This document shows positions 9,551 to 20,861 of a stretch of 64,000 nucleotides of DNA, one piece after another (the first letter of the stretch is position 1; each line of letters begins with the position of its first letter). This stretch comes from Caulobacteraceae bacterium (GTDB lineage: Bacteria; Pseudomonadota; Alphaproteobacteria; Caulobacterales; Caulobacteraceae), in the NCBI GenBank assembly GCA_025352165.1, contig JANXTX010000110.1, forward strand, positions 20 to 64,019, in the 5' to 3' direction. The position numbers and the translations under genes are program-made. Under the pieces are notes generated by a model that was not told the origin of the DNA, searched no databases, and saw only the letters and a list, made by a program, of their open reading frames with translations.

Positions 9551-10887
9551 ACGATACGATCTTTGCTCTGGCGACAGCGCCCGGCCGGGCGGCTGTCGCG
9601 GTCATCCGGATATCCGGTCCGACCACCTTCCAGATCGTTCGTCGCCTGACCGGCGCGTCTCCCAGACCAAGGCTCGCGAGCGTGCGCCGGCTCCGTGACG
9701 ATACCGGCGTGACGTTGGATCAGGCATTGACGCTGTGGTTCCCTGGACCCGCCAGTTACACGGGCGAGGACTGCGCGGAGCTCCAGCTTCACGGAAGTAC
9801 GGCCATTGTCGATGCGGTGACGGCAGCCTTGCTCGCCGCCGGCGCGCGACTGGCGCTTCCCGGGGAATTCACCCGGCGAGCGTTTGAAAATGGCAAGCTG
9901 GATCTTGGTCAAGCCGAGGCTGTCGCTGACCTTGTCGATGCCGAGACGCAGGCCCAGGCTCGGCAGGCGCTCGGACAGCTGGGCGGTGCGCTGGGTCGTC
10001 GCTATGACCAATGGCGCGATCTGCTGTTGAATGTATTGGCCCTGCTTGAGGCCGGCGTCGACTTTCCGGATGAGGAAATACCTCCGGAGATCGCATTTGA
10101 GGCGCGTGATCTGCTCACCCGCTTGATCGGGGAAATCGATGCGGCGCTTGACGATCAGCGGCGGGGCCAGCGTGTACGGAAAGGCTACCAGATCGCCATA
10201 GTGGGCGCTCCGAATGCCGGAAAAAGCAGTCTTTTGAATGGGTTAATCGGTCGGTCAGTGGCGATTGTCACTGATACGCCCGGGGCGACGCGAGATATTA
10301 TCGAGGCTCCGATCGTCCTGGCGGGCTACAAGGTCGTTCTCGCCGACATGGCCGGCCTGCGGGCGACGGAAGACCCTATCGAGGCGGAAGGCGTGCGGCG
10401 GGCCAGGGCATGGGCTGAGTCCGCGGACCTGCGCCTGTGGGTCGTCGATGGCGCGGCTGATGACGGATGGTGGCGGGAGGCTTCCGCCCTGGTGGGGCGG
10501 GGCGATATCTGTCTGATCAACAAGTTTGATCTGGGAAGAGGCGCCGACGGCATCGAAGCCGGGCGCTTCGCTGCGTCTCTCGGCATGGTCGTCTGGGACC
10601 TTTCGCTGCGCGCCGACGGCGTTGATCGTGTGCTGGAGCGGCTCACCCAAAAGGTGGTTTCTGACCTACAGGGGTCCGACTTTCCGACCGCTACCCGGGA
10701 GCGTCACGCCGGTCACCTCAGGGCGGCCCGGGACCACTTGGCGCGAGCCGGCGTGATGCTGAATGAACCCGAGCTTGCCGCGGAAGATGTCAGGCTCGCG
10801 GTACGGGAATTGGCGAGCGTCGCCGGGATGCTGGGCGCGGAGGATGTGCTGGGTCGGGTCTTCTCGAGCTTTTGCATCGGGAAATAG
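9547..10887 (+). CDS. mnmE: tRNA modification GTPase MnmE
   Basis: 446 aa with the G1 motif [12 protein letters not shown] and the hallmark C-terminal CIGK. Confidence 0.93.
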   Translation: MNDTIFALATAPGRAAVAVIRISGPTTFQIVRRLTGASPRPRLASVRRLRDDTGVTLDQALTLWFPGPASYTGEDCAELQLHGSTAIVDAVTAALLAAGARLALPGEFTRRAFENGKLDLGQAEAVADLVDAETQAQARQALGQLGGALGRRYDQWRDLLLNVLALLEAGVDFPDEEIPPEIAFEARDLLTRLIGEIDAALDDQRRGQRVRKGYQIAIVGAPNAGKSSLLNGLIGRSVAIVTDTPGATRDIIEAPIVLAGYKVVLADMAGLRATEDPIEAEGVRRARAWAESADLRLWVVDGAADDGWWREASALVGRGDICLINKFDLGRGADGIEAGRFAASLGMVVWDLSLRADGVDRVLERLTQKVVSDLQGSDFPTATRERHAGHLRAARDHLARAGVMLNEPELAAEDVRLAVRELASVAGMLGAEDVLGRVFSSFCIGK

Positions 10888-10891
10888 GGCT

Positions 10892-10907
10892 GTTTCACGT
10901 GAAACAG
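10892..10907. other. parS centromere-like site (perfect palindrome TGTTTCACGTGAAACA)
   Basis: Exact match to the chromosomal parS consensus TGTTNCACGTGAAACA. Lies in the mnmE-mnmG spacer, 2.6 kb from parA. Confidence 0.8.
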
Positions 10908-11088
10908 AACGCTTTGGCTCGACCCCCTTGAGCCGATCGCGTATTGAGGTCTCGCGCTCGCGCTCTGTATTGCCGCTCGCAGCCGCCGGACATTTGGACT
11001 GACTATCGAGGCGTCCCCGCGGCGCCGGCCCTGATGAATTGCGGACCAGAGCGGCGTGCGGTGGCTATAGCCTTGTGGGATTGGACTG

Positions 11089-12945
11089 GTGATGAAAGTC
11101 TGGGATGTCATTGTGATCGGGGGAGGCCACGCCGGGTGTGAGGCGGCCGCCGCGGCCGCACGTTTCGGCGCCCGGACACTCCTGCTTACCCACAAGCTCG
11201 AGACCATCGGTGAGATGTCCTGCAACCCGGCCATCGGCGGTCTTGGCAAGGGCCATCTGGTTCGCGAGATCGATGCGTTGGATGGGGTCATGGCGCGGGT
11301 GGCCGACGGCGCCGGGATCCAGTTCCGGCTGCTGAATCGTTCCCGAGGCCCGGCGGTGCGCGGACCGCGGGCGCAGATCGATCGTGCCCTGTACAGGGCG
11401 GGCATGGGGTCGGCCCTGGCGGCGCAGTCTGGCCTGGAAATCCGGGCCGAGGCGGTCGAGGACCTGATGGTCCAGGGGACAAGAGTTGAGGGGGTCGTCG
11501 GTCAGAGCGGCCAGCAATATCGCGGCGCCACGGTGGTTCTGACCACGGGAACATTCCTTAAAGGCGTTATTCTTCGCGGCGAGGAGCGGACGCCGGCTGG
11601 TCGGGCGGGGGATGCTCCATCGATCGGGCTGGCCGATCGTCTCTACGCGCTTGGTTGTCGCATGGGACGTCTCAAGACAGGCACGCCGCCGCGCCTGGAT
11701 GGCCGAACCATCGACTGGAGCAATCTCGACAGTCAGAGCGGCGACGAGATTCCCACGCCGTTCTCGTTCCTGAGCGGCCCGATCCTTACGCAACAGGTGG
11801 AGTGCGGCGTCACGGCGACGACACCGGCGACGCATGCGATTATTGCGGAACGGCTGGATGAATCGGCGGCCTATGGTGGCCGGCTGTTGGGCCGTGGCCC
11901 TCGCTATTGTCCATCGATCGAGGACAAGGTAGTGCGGTTCGCCGATCGTGAAAGTCACCAGATCTTCCTGGAACCCGAAGGGCGCGAGGACCCTACCGTC
12001 TATCCAAACGGTATCTCCACCTCGTTGGCGCCCGACACACAGGACCGGTTCCTGCGGACAATACCCGGCCTGGCGGCTGTAGAGGTGTTTCGGTACGGCT
12101 ATGCCATTGAATACGACTATGTGGACCCGCGCGAACTTGAGCCGAGCCTGGAAGCGAAGCGGCTGAACGGGCTGTATCTCGCGGGTCAGATCAATGGCAC
12201 GACAGGATATGAGGAAGCCGCGGCTCAAGGCCTGATAGCAGGCTTGAACGCCGCCCGGGCCGCTAGCGGCGCCGATCCCGCGGTGTTTGGACGGGATGAG
12301 GCCTACATCGGGGTCATGATCGACGATCTGGTGACGCACGGGGTTACCGAACCATACCGGATGTTCACCAGCAGGGCAGAATATCGCCTGCGTCTTCGCG
12401 CCGACAATGCCGACCAGCGCTTGACCGCCCGGGGAGTAGGTCTCGGTTGCGTTGCGGCTGATCGGGCCGGTGCGTTTGCGGCGAAGGCGCGCATACTGGA
12501 TGAAGCGCGGGCGTTGGCGACGGGCTTGACCTTGACGCCGGCTGAAGCCGCGAGGGCCGGGTTCAAAGTCAATGCGGACGGTCATCGCCGGAATGTTGTC
12601 CAGCTCCTGGCCTATCCCGGCATCGCCTTTGGGAACCTGATAGAGATCTGGCCCGCGCTGGCGGACTGGCCGGACTTTGTCCGCGAGCAGATCGAGATTG
12701 ATTCAGCCTATCTCGGCTATCTTGATCGCCAGGATGCGGACATCGAACTTTTCCGTCGGGACGAGGCCTTGTCACTGGCTGGCGATCTTGACTACCGGTC
12801 GATGGGTGGCCTCTCCAATGAAGTCCGTGAGAAGCTCAGTCATGTGCGGCCGGCCACGCTTGGTCAGGCGGCGCGAATAGAGGGTGTTACACCCGGGGCG
12901 ATTACCGCACTGTTGGCTCATGTCCGCCGCCGCTCCGCAGCTTAA
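11089..12945 (+). CDS. mnmG: tRNA uridine 5-carboxymethylaminomethyl modification enzyme MnmG (GidA)
   Basis: 618 aa with an FAD-binding N-terminus [14 protein letters not shown] and full-length GidA-like sequence. Confidence 0.95.
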   Translation: MMKVWDVIVIGGGHAGCEAAAAAARFGARTLLLTHKLETIGEMSCNPAIGGLGKGHLVREIDALDGVMARVADGAGIQFRLLNRSRGPAVRGPRAQIDRALYRAGMGSALAAQSGLEIRAEAVEDLMVQGTRVEGVVGQSGQQYRGATVVLTTGTFLKGVILRGEERTPAGRAGDAPSIGLADRLYALGCRMGRLKTGTPPRLDGRTIDWSNLDSQSGDEIPTPFSFLSGPILTQQVECGVTATTPATHAIIAERLDESAAYGGRLLGRGPRYCPSIEDKVVRFADRESHQIFLEPEGREDPTVYPNGISTSLAPDTQDRFLRTIPGLAAVEVFRYGYAIEYDYVDPRELEPSLEAKRLNGLYLAGQINGTTGYEEAAAQGLIAGLNAARAASGADPAVFGRDEAYIGVMIDDLVTHGVTEPYRMFTSRAEYRLRLRADNADQRLTARGVGLGCVAADRAGAFAAKARILDEARALATGLTLTPAEAARAGFKVNADGHRRNVVQLLAYPGIAFGNLIEIWPALADWPDFVREQIEIDSAYLGYLDRQDADIELFRRDEALSLAGDLDYRSMGGLSNEVREKLSHVRPATLGQAARIEGVTPGAITALLAHVRRRSAA

Positions 12946-13564
12946 CCCGCACGAGGTACCGAATGGCTTCCTTGAGGCTATCGACCTGACGCCGGCGCGC
13001 CAGCAGGATATCGGGACGTATCGCGAGATGCTCACCGCCGCCAATCAGCGCACCAATCTTGTGGGTGCATCGACCCTGCTGGACTTTGAGCGGCGACATT
13101 TCATCGATTGCGCTCAGTTGGTTTATTTTGAACCCCAGGCGCGCGTCTGGGCGGACCTGGGATCGGGCGCGGGCCTGCCTGGTCTGGTTCTCGCAATCCT
13201 CATGAAAGGGAAGGTGGGCGGGCACGTGCATCTGGTGGAAAGCATGACCAAGCGCTGCCGATTCCTTGCCGACGTAGCCGCCACGCTGTCGTTACCGGTC
13301 ACACTGCGTAATGCGCGCGCCGAGGAGCTGTCGCTGAAGGTCGAGGTGGTGACCGCCCGCGCCTGCGCGCCGCTACCGAGGTTGCTGGGTTTTTCGCAGT
13401 CGTACCTGGCGAGTGGCGCGCGGGGCCTGTTCCTCAAAGGGCAGGACGTCGATCGGGAAATCGAAGAGGCCGGAAAGAGCTGGCGGTTTTCATGGCGTGC
13501 CCACCAGAGTCTCAGCGACCCGCGCGGTCGGGTCATCGCCATCGAAGGACTCGCGCATGTCTGA
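12884..13564 (+). CDS. rsmG: 16S rRNA (guanine527-N7)-methyltransferase RsmG (GidB)
   Basis: SAM motif [10 protein letters not shown]. The start is uncertain (track ATG at 12884 or ATG at 12920); both overlap the mnmG 3' end. Confidence 0.86.
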   Translation: MLHPGRLPHCWLMSAAAPQLNPHEVPNGFLEAIDLTPARQQDIGTYREMLTAANQRTNLVGASTLLDFERRHFIDCAQLVYFEPQARVWADLGSGAGLPGLVLAILMKGKVGGHVHLVESMTKRCRFLADVAATLSLPVTLRNARAEELSLKVEVVTARACAPLPRLLGFSQSYLASGARGLFLKGQDVDREIEEAGKSWRFSWRAHQSLSDPRGRVIAIEGLAHV

Positions 13565-14369
13565 TCCACGTCTCAAGCTGCGCGTTCTCGCGGTCGCCAA
13601 TCAGAAGGGCGGGGTCGGCAAGACCACGACAGCGATCAATCTCGGCACAGCACTGGCGGCCGTGGGCGAAAAGGTACTGCTGATAGATTCCGATCCACAG
13701 GGCAATGCTTCGACCGGCCTGGGCTTCCCGCCGTCCAAGCGACAGGCAACGCTCTATGATGTCCTGCTGGATGATGCGTCTCTGGCGAACGTTGCGGTGA
13801 GGACGGCCATCCCCGGTCTGGACCTGGCGCCAGGCGATGCGGATCTGACCGGTGTCGAACTTGAGTTGGGCCAACAGCAGCGACGCGCCTTTCGCCTTCG
13901 CGACGCCATGGAACAACTGCGTACGAGCGGAAACTACAGCTATGTGCTGATTGATTGCCCGCCATCGCTCAATCTTCTGACCCTGAACGCCATGACGGCG
14001 GCGGACGCCATCCTGGTGCCCCTTCAATGCGAGTTTTTCGCGCTAGAAGGGCTGACACAGTTGATCGGCACGGTCGAGCGGGTGCGTCGGGCGCACAATC
14101 CACGCCTTGAGATTCAGGGCATCGTCCTGACAATGTACGACAAGCGAAACGGACTTTGCGCCCAGGTCGCCAAGGACGCGCGCGATACATTGGGCGACAT
14201 GGTCTATCGCACCGTTATCCCGCGAAACGTACGGGTATCCGAGGCGCCTTCGCACGGCTTGCCCGCCCTTATCTATGATTTGAAATGCGCTGGAAGTCAG
14301 GCCTATCTGAGTCTGGCCCGCGAGGTGGTCGCCCGTGAGCGTGCGGGACGGGCGGAGATGGCGCAGTGA
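13557..14369 (+). CDS. parA: chromosome partitioning ATPase ParA
   Basis: Deviant Walker A NQKGGVGKTTT directly after the ATG at 13557, which overlaps the rsmG stop. The upstream extension in the track is Arg/Ser-rich and unlikely to be coding. Confidence 0.92.
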   Translation: MSDPRLKLRVLAVANQKGGVGKTTTAINLGTALAAVGEKVLLIDSDPQGNASTGLGFPPSKRQATLYDVLLDDASLANVAVRTAIPGLDLAPGDADLTGVELELGQQQRRAFRLRDAMEQLRTSGNYSYVLIDCPPSLNLLTLNAMTAADAILVPLQCEFFALEGLTQLIGTVERVRRAHNPRLEIQGIVLTMYDKRNGLCAQVAKDARDTLGDMVYRTVIPRNVRVSEAPSHGLPALIYDLKCAGSQAYLSLAREVVARERAGRAEMAQ

Positions 14370-14388
14370 ATTTTGCGGAGAACGATTG

Positions 14389-15270
14389 ATGGCCGAAGGG
14401 CGACGGGGACTTGGCCGAGGCCTTTCTGCGCTTCTGGAGGACGTCCAGTCGGCTACGACGCCGGAGGGACGGCGCGCGGCCGGCGTTCAGGAAATTTCTA
14501 TCGAGATAATTCAGCGCAATACCGAGCAGCCCCGGAAGAACTTTTCCGAGCCTGAGTTGGAGGAGTTGACCGCGTCCATCCGTGAGCGGGGCGTGCTGCA
14601 GCCTATTCTGTTGCGCCCACTCGCCGATCCGGTGGGGAACTACCAGATTGTCGCCGGAGAGCGGCGATGGCGCGCCGCCCAGCGCGCCGGATTGCGCACG
14701 ATACCGGGAATGGTGCGCGACCTTAGCGATCTCGAGGTCATGGAGATCGCGCTCATCGAGAACATTCAGCGCGCTGATCTCAACGCCCTGGAGGAAGCGC
14801 GCGCCTATGCGGCGATGATGGAACGCTTTCCGCGGAACGCAGAACAGATCGCCTCGGTGGTAGGCAAGAGCCGGGCGCATGTGGCCAACACGCTGCGCCT
14901 TATGCGCCTGCCGCGCGAGGTCCAGGATCATCTGGAAGCTGGTCGGATCAGTGCTGGACATGCACGCGCAATCCTGGATCTTGATGACGCCGCAACGGTT
15001 GCGGACCGGATCATAAAGAGAGGCCTCAATGTCCGCCAGACCGAGGCTCTCGTCAGGGCCGCGCGCGGCAAACCCGAAAAAGTTCAGCAGACTAGACCTT
15101 CCGGCCGGTCAAAGGATGCAGATACTCTGGCTCTGGAGAGCGATCTGTCGGAGGTCCTCGGTCTTGAGGTGATGATCGATGACGACCGGGGATCCGGGGA
15201 GATCAGGATTCGGTATTCCAGCCTGGAGCAACTCGACGACGTTTGCCGCAGGCTGACCCGCGCCGGCTGA
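14389..15270 (+). CDS. parB: chromosome partitioning protein ParB
   Basis: N-terminal GLGRGLSALL, ParB box GERRWRAA, and a LIENIQR HTH region. Start taken at the ATG at 14389, 20 nt after the parA stop. Confidence 0.92.
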   Translation: MAEGRRGLGRGLSALLEDVQSATTPEGRRAAGVQEISIEIIQRNTEQPRKNFSEPELEELTASIRERGVLQPILLRPLADPVGNYQIVAGERRWRAAQRAGLRTIPGMVRDLSDLEVMEIALIENIQRADLNALEEARAYAAMMERFPRNAEQIASVVGKSRAHVANTLRLMRLPREVQDHLEAGRISAGHARAILDLDDAATVADRIIKRGLNVRQTEALVRAARGKPEKVQQTRPSGRSKDADTLALESDLSEVLGLEVMIDDDRGSGEIRIRYSSLEQLDDVCRRLTRAG

Positions 15271-15280
15271 CACCGCGAAC

Positions 15281-16330
15281 CTAAAGGCCGAGCCTGCGGG
15301 CCCTTCCGGCAATCGAGAGGGCTAGATGCTCGCCTATCAGCGTGTCAGGAGAACCCGTCTGCTTGCATGCCTGGTCGGCAGCCAACAGCTCCGGTTGAAG
15401 TCGTTCGAGTTCTGAAAGAGTCCATCCGCGGGCCTGGCGCGTGAATTCACGTTCGGTCTTCCAGAAGATACGCAGTTCCTTGATCGCGTCTGACAGGGGT
15501 CTGCCGGCCTCCTTCATGACGATGGCCTTGCGCAGGCGGCCAAAATGCGAACTCAGGGCGCGCACGACAGCCGGTCCGCTTTCGCCTTCGAGTGCGGCGC
15601 GACGCAATCCCGCATGAGCGGCGGCAAGACGACCGCCAAATGCGTCGACGGCCGCATCCGCCAGAGACGCATCTGGTTCGACGCCGACGAATTCGGCAAG
15701 TTCCGCCACGGAGGCGACGATGCCGCTGCCTGGACCCAGGAACAGCGCGAGGCGCTCGATCTCCTGCCGCGCCACGCCGCGCTCCTGAGGCAGTCTGGAG
15801 ACGAATAGTTCCAGGGCGTCGGGGGCCAGCCCCACTTTCTCGCGCGCGAGTGTCTCGCGCGCCAGACGCCCAAGATCAGCCGGCTCGTCGGCGTAGCAGG
15901 CGATGGCCGCACACCGATCGGCCTTTTCGGCCGCCTTTCTCAGGGCCGAGGTAGTCTTGAGGTTTCCTGCTTCGATGAGAAAGAAGGCGTCGACGTTGAA
16001 GTCGCCGGCGATATGCCGACTGAGAGCGGCCGACGCCGCGTCTTCGCCTTCCCCGCGGTCGCCGGAAAGTCGTAGTCGGACAAGCCTGCGCCCACGCATC
16101 AGGGAATGGGCCAGCAACTGTTCCTCGAGCCGCGCGCCGCCGTCGGTCAGATCCAACTCGCTGAGCAAGGCGACATCAAATGGATCATCGGGCCGGGTAG
16201 CCACCGTCGCGGCCAGTGTATGGCCCCGTTCCCGGATCAGGCCGAGATCCGGCCCCCATATCAGCGCCGCCCGGGTGTCCGCGGCAGACTGCAGGTAGCG
16301 TTCTACATCGGCCCGGCGCTTGAGGATCAT
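15281..16330 (-). CDS. holA: DNA polymerase III subunit delta
   Basis: 349 aa in the conserved leuS-lptE-holA order. Overall HolA-like helical sequence. Confidence 0.72.
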   Translation of the reverse strand: MILKRRADVERYLQSAADTRAALIWGPDLGLIRERGHTLAATVATRPDDPFDVALLSELDLTDGGARLEEQLLAHSLMRGRRLVRLRLSGDRGEGEDAASAALSRHIAGDFNVDAFFLIEAGNLKTTSALRKAAEKADRCAAIACYADEPADLGRLARETLAREKVGLAPDALELFVSRLPQERGVARQEIERLALFLGPGSGIVASVAELAEFVGVEPDASLADAAVDAFGGRLAAAHAGLRRAALEGESGPAVVRALSSHFGRLRKAIVMKEAGRPLSDAIKELRIFWKTEREFTRQARGWTLSELERLQPELLAADQACKQTGSPDTLIGEHLALSIAGRARRLGL

Positions 16331-16343
16331 GGCCGGTCGTTTC

Positions 16344-16859
16344 TCAACCGCCGGATTGTCCGGCCATCCAGGCCGCTAGGTCTATCTGGATCTTGCGGGC
16401 CGCGTCACTGGCGACGCGTTCCTGCGTGTCCTGGCGGGCGGCAATGGCGGCGTAAGGCGCGTCGGCGGCGTCGTAGCCAACCTGGCTATTGACGATTCCG
16501 GTGTGGGCCACCTTGCCGGTGGAGACATAAGTAAGTTTATAGGTCACCGAGATGGCGAGAACATAGCGCTCGGCGACATCTTCCACGGTCAGTCCACGGG
16601 GCGAGCGCGACTGGTCGACGGTCATTTCCAGGCGCCAGCGCGGAGCCGCGGCCTTGTCGTGGCCAAGTGCGTCGTTGAGGTCCTCGCGCAGCAGAAATCC
16701 GACGCGTCCCTGTGGCGCGACGACGTCGATCGAGGATAGTCCGGCGGACAGGCCCGGGGTTGCATACATCGGGGTGAAGCCGCATCCCTCGAGAACGGCC
16801 GCGCCAAGCAAGGCCGACGCGAGGGCGGCGAGCGTGGAATTGAGGGCCCGGCGGCTCAT
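16344..16859 (-). CDS. lptE: LPS-assembly lipoprotein LptE
   Basis: 171 aa with a signal peptide and lipobox (VLEGCGF). Start overlaps the leuS stop by 4 nt, the conserved position after leuS. Confidence 0.72.
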   Translation of the reverse strand: MSRRALNSTLAALASALLGAAVLEGCGFTPMYATPGLSAGLSSIDVVAPQGRVGFLLREDLNDALGHDKAAAPRWRLEMTVDQSRSPRGLTVEDVAERYVLAISVTYKLTYVSTGKVAHTGIVNSQVGYDAADAPYAAIAARQDTQERVASDAARKIQIDLAAWMAGQSGG

Positions 16860-19429
16860 CCGGTCACCAGATTTACGATCCGGTCCTTGACGACCACGAT
16901 CTTCTTCAGGGCAGCGCCACCCAGGCGCTGGACGATCTCGGGATCCCTCAGGACCAACTCGCGCACCACATCTTCTGATGCGCCAGCCGGGGCCCGGACT
17001 TCACCCCGTCGCTTTCCATTGATCTGCACGGGCAGGGTCACCTCGTCATCGCGTGTCAGAGCCGGATCATAGACCGGCCAGGGCGCGAGGGCGACCATTC
17101 CTTCCTCACCCAGTTGCAACCAGCATTCTTCTGCGAGATGTGGAGCAAAGGGCGAGATCAGCCTCGCCAGCGCTGAGAGCGCCTCCCGCCTTGCCGCGGC
17201 GCCGGAGAGATCACCCGCCGCGGGCCTGACAGAACGAAGAACGGCCACGAACTCATAGAGTCTGGCTATCGCGCTGTTGAAACGGAAACCTTCGATAGCG
17301 GCGGTGATGGACTTGATCGCACGATGAGTGGCGCGCCTGAGCGCATCAACATCGACCGTGTTCGGCTCGGCGGGAGAGGTGTCGAACTCGGCCCATACCC
17401 GGTTGATCAATCGCCAGGAGCCTTCGATGCCTGAGGACGTCCATTGAACGTCGCGTTCCGGAGGTGAGTCCGAGAGAACGAACAGACGCGCGGCATCAAT
17501 CCCATAGGTGTCGGCAATGTCGGCCGGCGCAACGACATTGCGCTTGGACTTCGACATCTTCTCGATATCGCCGATGATCAGGGGCTCGCCGGTATCCCTA
17601 AGGACCGCTCGTCGCGCTGAACCCTCAGCCGATAGTTCGACGGCGGATACATCGACCCACTCACCGTTCTGCCGACGATAGGTCTCATGCGTCACCATCC
17701 CTTGGGTGAAGAGACCTGCAAACGGCTCGTCAGGCGCCAACAGTCCCTCATCCCGCAGGGCGCGGGTGATGAAACGGGAGTACAGCAGGTGCAGTACCGC
17801 GTGCTCGATACCGCCAATGTACTGGTCGACCGGCAGCCAATAATCCGCCGCGGCCTTGTCGATGGGCTCGGCGGCAGCTGGATTCGTGAAGCGGGCGAAA
17901 TACCAGGAGGAATCAACGAAAGTGTCGAAGGTGTCGGTTTCGCGTTCGGCCGCCGCGCCACAGTCCGGGCAATCGACGTGCTTCCAGGTCGGGTGCCGGG
18001 CAAGCGCGTTCCCGGGCCGGCTGAAATCGAGCCCCTTCGGCAGCTGAACGGGAAGATCGGCCTCTGGTACGGGAAGTGTTCCGCAGGAGGGGCAGTGGAT
18101 CACCGGGATCGGGCAGCCCCAACCGCGTTGTCTTGAGATGCCCCAGTCACGCAGGCGATAGGCGACCGCGCCCTTGCCCTGACCGAGGGCTTCTATCCGG
18201 GCGATGGCGGCGGCCTTGCCGGACTCGATGTCCATTCCGTCAAGGAAGCTTGAGTTAAAGAGGCGGCCGGGACCGACATAGGCCTCTTGTTTCACGTGAA
18301 ACGCGGTTGGATCTTCGCCAGTGGGCAATACGACCGGCGTCACCGGCAGCGCGTATTTTCGGGCAAAGTCCAGATCGCGCTGATCATGAGCCGGGCAACC
18401 GAATACGGCCCCCGTCCCATAGTCCATGAGCACGAAATTGGCGATCCAAATCGGCAATTCCCATTCAGAATCAAAGGGAAGCTTGACGGTCAGGCCTGTG
18501 TTGAAGCCAAGCTTTTCCGCCGATTCCACCTCGGCTTCGGATGATCCACCCTTGCGGCACTCGGCTATGAACGCAGAGACCCGTTCGTCTGACGCCGCCA
18601 GTTGCTCGGCAAGAGGGTGGTAGGGGCTTATGGCGATAAAGCTTGCGCCGAAAAGGGTGTCGGGGCGGGTGGTGTAGACCTCAATGCCTGAGGCGGCTGG
18701 TTCGGGAACAGGTTGTTCCGCCGAAAACTCAAATGTGAGCCTTAGGCCTTGGGAGCGACCGATCCAGTTGTCCTGCATCAGGCGCACCTTGTCGGGCCAC
18801 CTGTCCAGACTGGCCAGGCCGTCGAGCAGTTCGTCCGCATAATCGGTGATACGTAAGAACCATTGCGTGAGTTTACGACGCTCCACGACGGCGCCTGAAC
18901 GCCAGCCTTTGCCGTCAATGACCTGCTCATTGGCGAGGACGGTCATGTCGACCGGGTCCCAGTTGACCAGGCCCTCTTTGCGATAAGCCAGTCCGCGCGC
19001 CCAAAGCCGCAGGAACAGGGCCTGTTGCTGGCCGTAGTATGAAGGGTCGCACGTTGCGAATTCCCGCGACCAGTCGATTGCCAGACCCAATCGTTTCAAC
19101 TCTTCCCGCATGGAGGAAATGTTGGCCGTCGTCCATTCCGCTGGATCGACCCCGCGTTCAGCCGCGGCGTTTTCCGCCGGCAGTCCGAAAGCGTCCCAGC
19201 CCATGGGGTGCAGTACGTTGAATCCCCGGGCGCGTTTGAAACGCGCGATGACGTCGCCGATCGCATAGTTCCTCGCGTGGCCGACGTGCAGTCGTCCGGA
19301 CGGGTAGGGGAACATCTCGAGGACGTAGTATTTTGGTTTTTCGGATTGTTCCGACGCGCGGAAGATGTCCGCCGCCTCCCAGGCAGCGCGCCATCGCGGC
19401 TCTACCTCTTTTGGATTGTATCGTGCCAT
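16856..19429 (-). CDS. leuS: leucine--tRNA ligase
   Basis: 857 aa with HIGH-type (RLHVGHARN) and KMSKS motifs. Confidence 0.96.
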   Translation of the reverse strand: MARYNPKEVEPRWRAAWEAADIFRASEQSEKPKYYVLEMFPYPSGRLHVGHARNYAIGDVIARFKRARGFNVLHPMGWDAFGLPAENAAAERGVDPAEWTTANISSMREELKRLGLAIDWSREFATCDPSYYGQQQALFLRLWARGLAYRKEGLVNWDPVDMTVLANEQVIDGKGWRSGAVVERRKLTQWFLRITDYADELLDGLASLDRWPDKVRLMQDNWIGRSQGLRLTFEFSAEQPVPEPAASGIEVYTTRPDTLFGASFIAISPYHPLAEQLAASDERVSAFIAECRKGGSSEAEVESAEKLGFNTGLTVKLPFDSEWELPIWIANFVLMDYGTGAVFGCPAHDQRDLDFARKYALPVTPVVLPTGEDPTAFHVKQEAYVGPGRLFNSSFLDGMDIESGKAAAIARIEALGQGKGAVAYRLRDWGISRQRGWGCPIPVIHCPSCGTLPVPEADLPVQLPKGLDFSRPGNALARHPTWKHVDCPDCGAAAERETDTFDTFVDSSWYFARFTNPAAAEPIDKAAADYWLPVDQYIGGIEHAVLHLLYSRFITRALRDEGLLAPDEPFAGLFTQGMVTHETYRRQNGEWVDVSAVELSAEGSARRAVLRDTGEPLIIGDIEKMSKSKRNVVAPADIADTYGIDAARLFVLSDSPPERDVQWTSSGIEGSWRLINRVWAEFDTSPAEPNTVDVDALRRATHRAIKSITAAIEGFRFNSAIARLYEFVAVLRSVRPAAGDLSGAAARREALSALARLISPFAPHLAEECWLQLGEEGMVALAPWPVYDPALTRDDEVTLPVQINGKRRGEVRAPAGASEDVVRELVLRDPEIVQRLGGAALKKIVVVKDRIVNLVTG
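18288..18303. other. parS-like site inside leuS (TGTTTCACGTGAAACG)
   Basis: 15/16 match to the perfect parS at 10892. Embedded in the leuS codons for AFHVKQ, 3.0 kb from the parB end. Confidence 0.6.
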
Positions 19430-19641
19430 CGGCTCAATGATCTGATGCTTGGCCGCATTGCCGCGGCTGTCTAGGGGTTGTCGAACATTCCGACCGGTTC
19501 AGTCGGCCTGAATGCGGCTCTGGATGCCTCAAACTTTAGTCGCACGCCCGGATCGTGATGCAGATCCCGGCACTACCCTCCGGCGGTCGATATCCCCGCG
19601 CAGTCGAGCCAGGATTGTGCAACTGGACCCGCGGAAATATT

Positions 19642-20121
19642 TCAGCCCCGAAGGTTTGAAAGTCGGAGCTGGCGCGCGCGCGTCAGAATGGCGTTCTCGA
19701 TGTCGGTCGCTGTCTGATCCGATGTCGGAGCCGCCGTCCAGCCGCCCGACCCGTTGCTGACTTCCTTGAAAACTGTCACGGCCAAGCCGTCGGCGCGAAG
19801 CCGGGCGTCAAGGATATAGATCGTGGCCTTGAAGCGTTCGTCAGGCTTCTCCGGATTGATGTACCAGTCGGTGATTATGACGCCGCCATACGGATCGGCT
19901 GAGGTCAGCGGCATGAACGCGAGCGTGTCGAGGCTGGCGCGCCACAGATAGGCATTCACACCAATCGCCGGAGCCGCCGGGGTGTGCGAGGCCGCTCCGC
20001 CCAGAGGATGCGTCAGCCGCCCGCCGCATGCAGACAGAGCGGCAAGGCACACTCCAAGGACCACAACCCTTGCGCTTCGCGAGGTCCACCCGCGCATAGA
20101 GGGTTCGATCATCCGCATCAT
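19642..20121 (-). CDS. DUF3576-like lipoprotein
   Basis: 159 aa with a lipobox (LSACGG) and a conserved YLWRASLDTLAFMPLTSADPYGGVIITDWY segment that I recall from DUF3576. Confidence 0.6.
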   Translation of the reverse strand: MMRMIEPSMRGWTSRSARVVVLGVCLAALSACGGRLTHPLGGAASHTPAAPAIGVNAYLWRASLDTLAFMPLTSADPYGGVIITDWYINPEKPDERFKATIYILDARLRADGLAVTVFKEVSNGSGGWTAAPTSDQTATDIENAILTRARQLRLSNLRG

Positions 20122-20314
20122 TCCTTATCAATCACACCCCGTCCGGCCGTTGCGTCTATAACATTCATGCGACAGCGCCAAATGGGAATCGCGTGGCACT
20201 CCGGCCACATACATTGATTCATTCGACGAACTCCGCCCAAAACCGACGTTGGTGGTTGACCATAGGCGCTGGGCTCCCCTAATTCACCTCAACTGTTATA
20301 GTCAGATTGCTGCT

Positions 20315-20737
20315 ATGCGGAATCTACAGGGGTTGGATCAAACGGCCATGGTGCCAGCGCGGATTTTAATTTGGGCGATGACGGCTTCGGTGCTTTGCGC
20401 CAGTGCTGCGCATGCCCTTCCGAGCGGCGGCACATTGGTTCTGACTGCGGGCAATTTCACCGCTTCTCCATATTATTCGAGCGTCACGGTCCCGGCCAGC
20501 CAGCTGGAGTGGGATTCACGCAAGGCGCGTTGGGGTCTGAAGCTCGGTGTTGAGCAGCACACTGATCGCGACGTGCAGTGGAAGGATGTCACGCCGGGCG
20601 TCTACTATAAGCTTACGCCACGGCTTCATATCGGCGGTTCGGTGAACCTCGCGCCGGACCAGATTGAGAACCAGAGATTCGGCACGCCGCAGATGCCCGC
20701 GCCGCGGGTGCGTCTGGAAACCACCTTCAGATTCTGA
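20315..20737 (+). CDS. small secreted / outer-membrane-like hypothetical protein
   Basis: Signal-peptide-like N-terminus (ARILIWAMTASVLCASAAHA) and a C-terminal ...TTFRF ending in Phe, as in OM beta-barrel proteins. Start uncertain (20315 or 20348). Confidence 0.45.
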   Translation: MRNLQGLDQTAMVPARILIWAMTASVLCASAAHALPSGGTLVLTAGNFTASPYYSSVTVPASQLEWDSRKARWGLKLGVEQHTDRDVQWKDVTPGVYYKLTPRLHIGGSVNLAPDQIENQRFGTPQMPAPRVRLETTFRF

Positions 20738-20861
20738 TTGTTGCGGGTAGGCCGCCGTAGACGGCAGGGACTCTCCGCGCCTGCAATCGACCAATTTCCG
20801 CCCAGATCGCGTGAGAAAGCTACGCTCGGTTCGCTGTGCGGACCATCGGGCGTAAATTCGG

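Noticed and set aside
11065-12585. 506-aa ORF on the minus strand
   Set aside because: It is entirely antisense to mnmG, which has unmistakable GidA motifs. The translation is Arg/Pro/Gly-rich low-complexity sequence typical of shadow ORFs in high-GC DNA.
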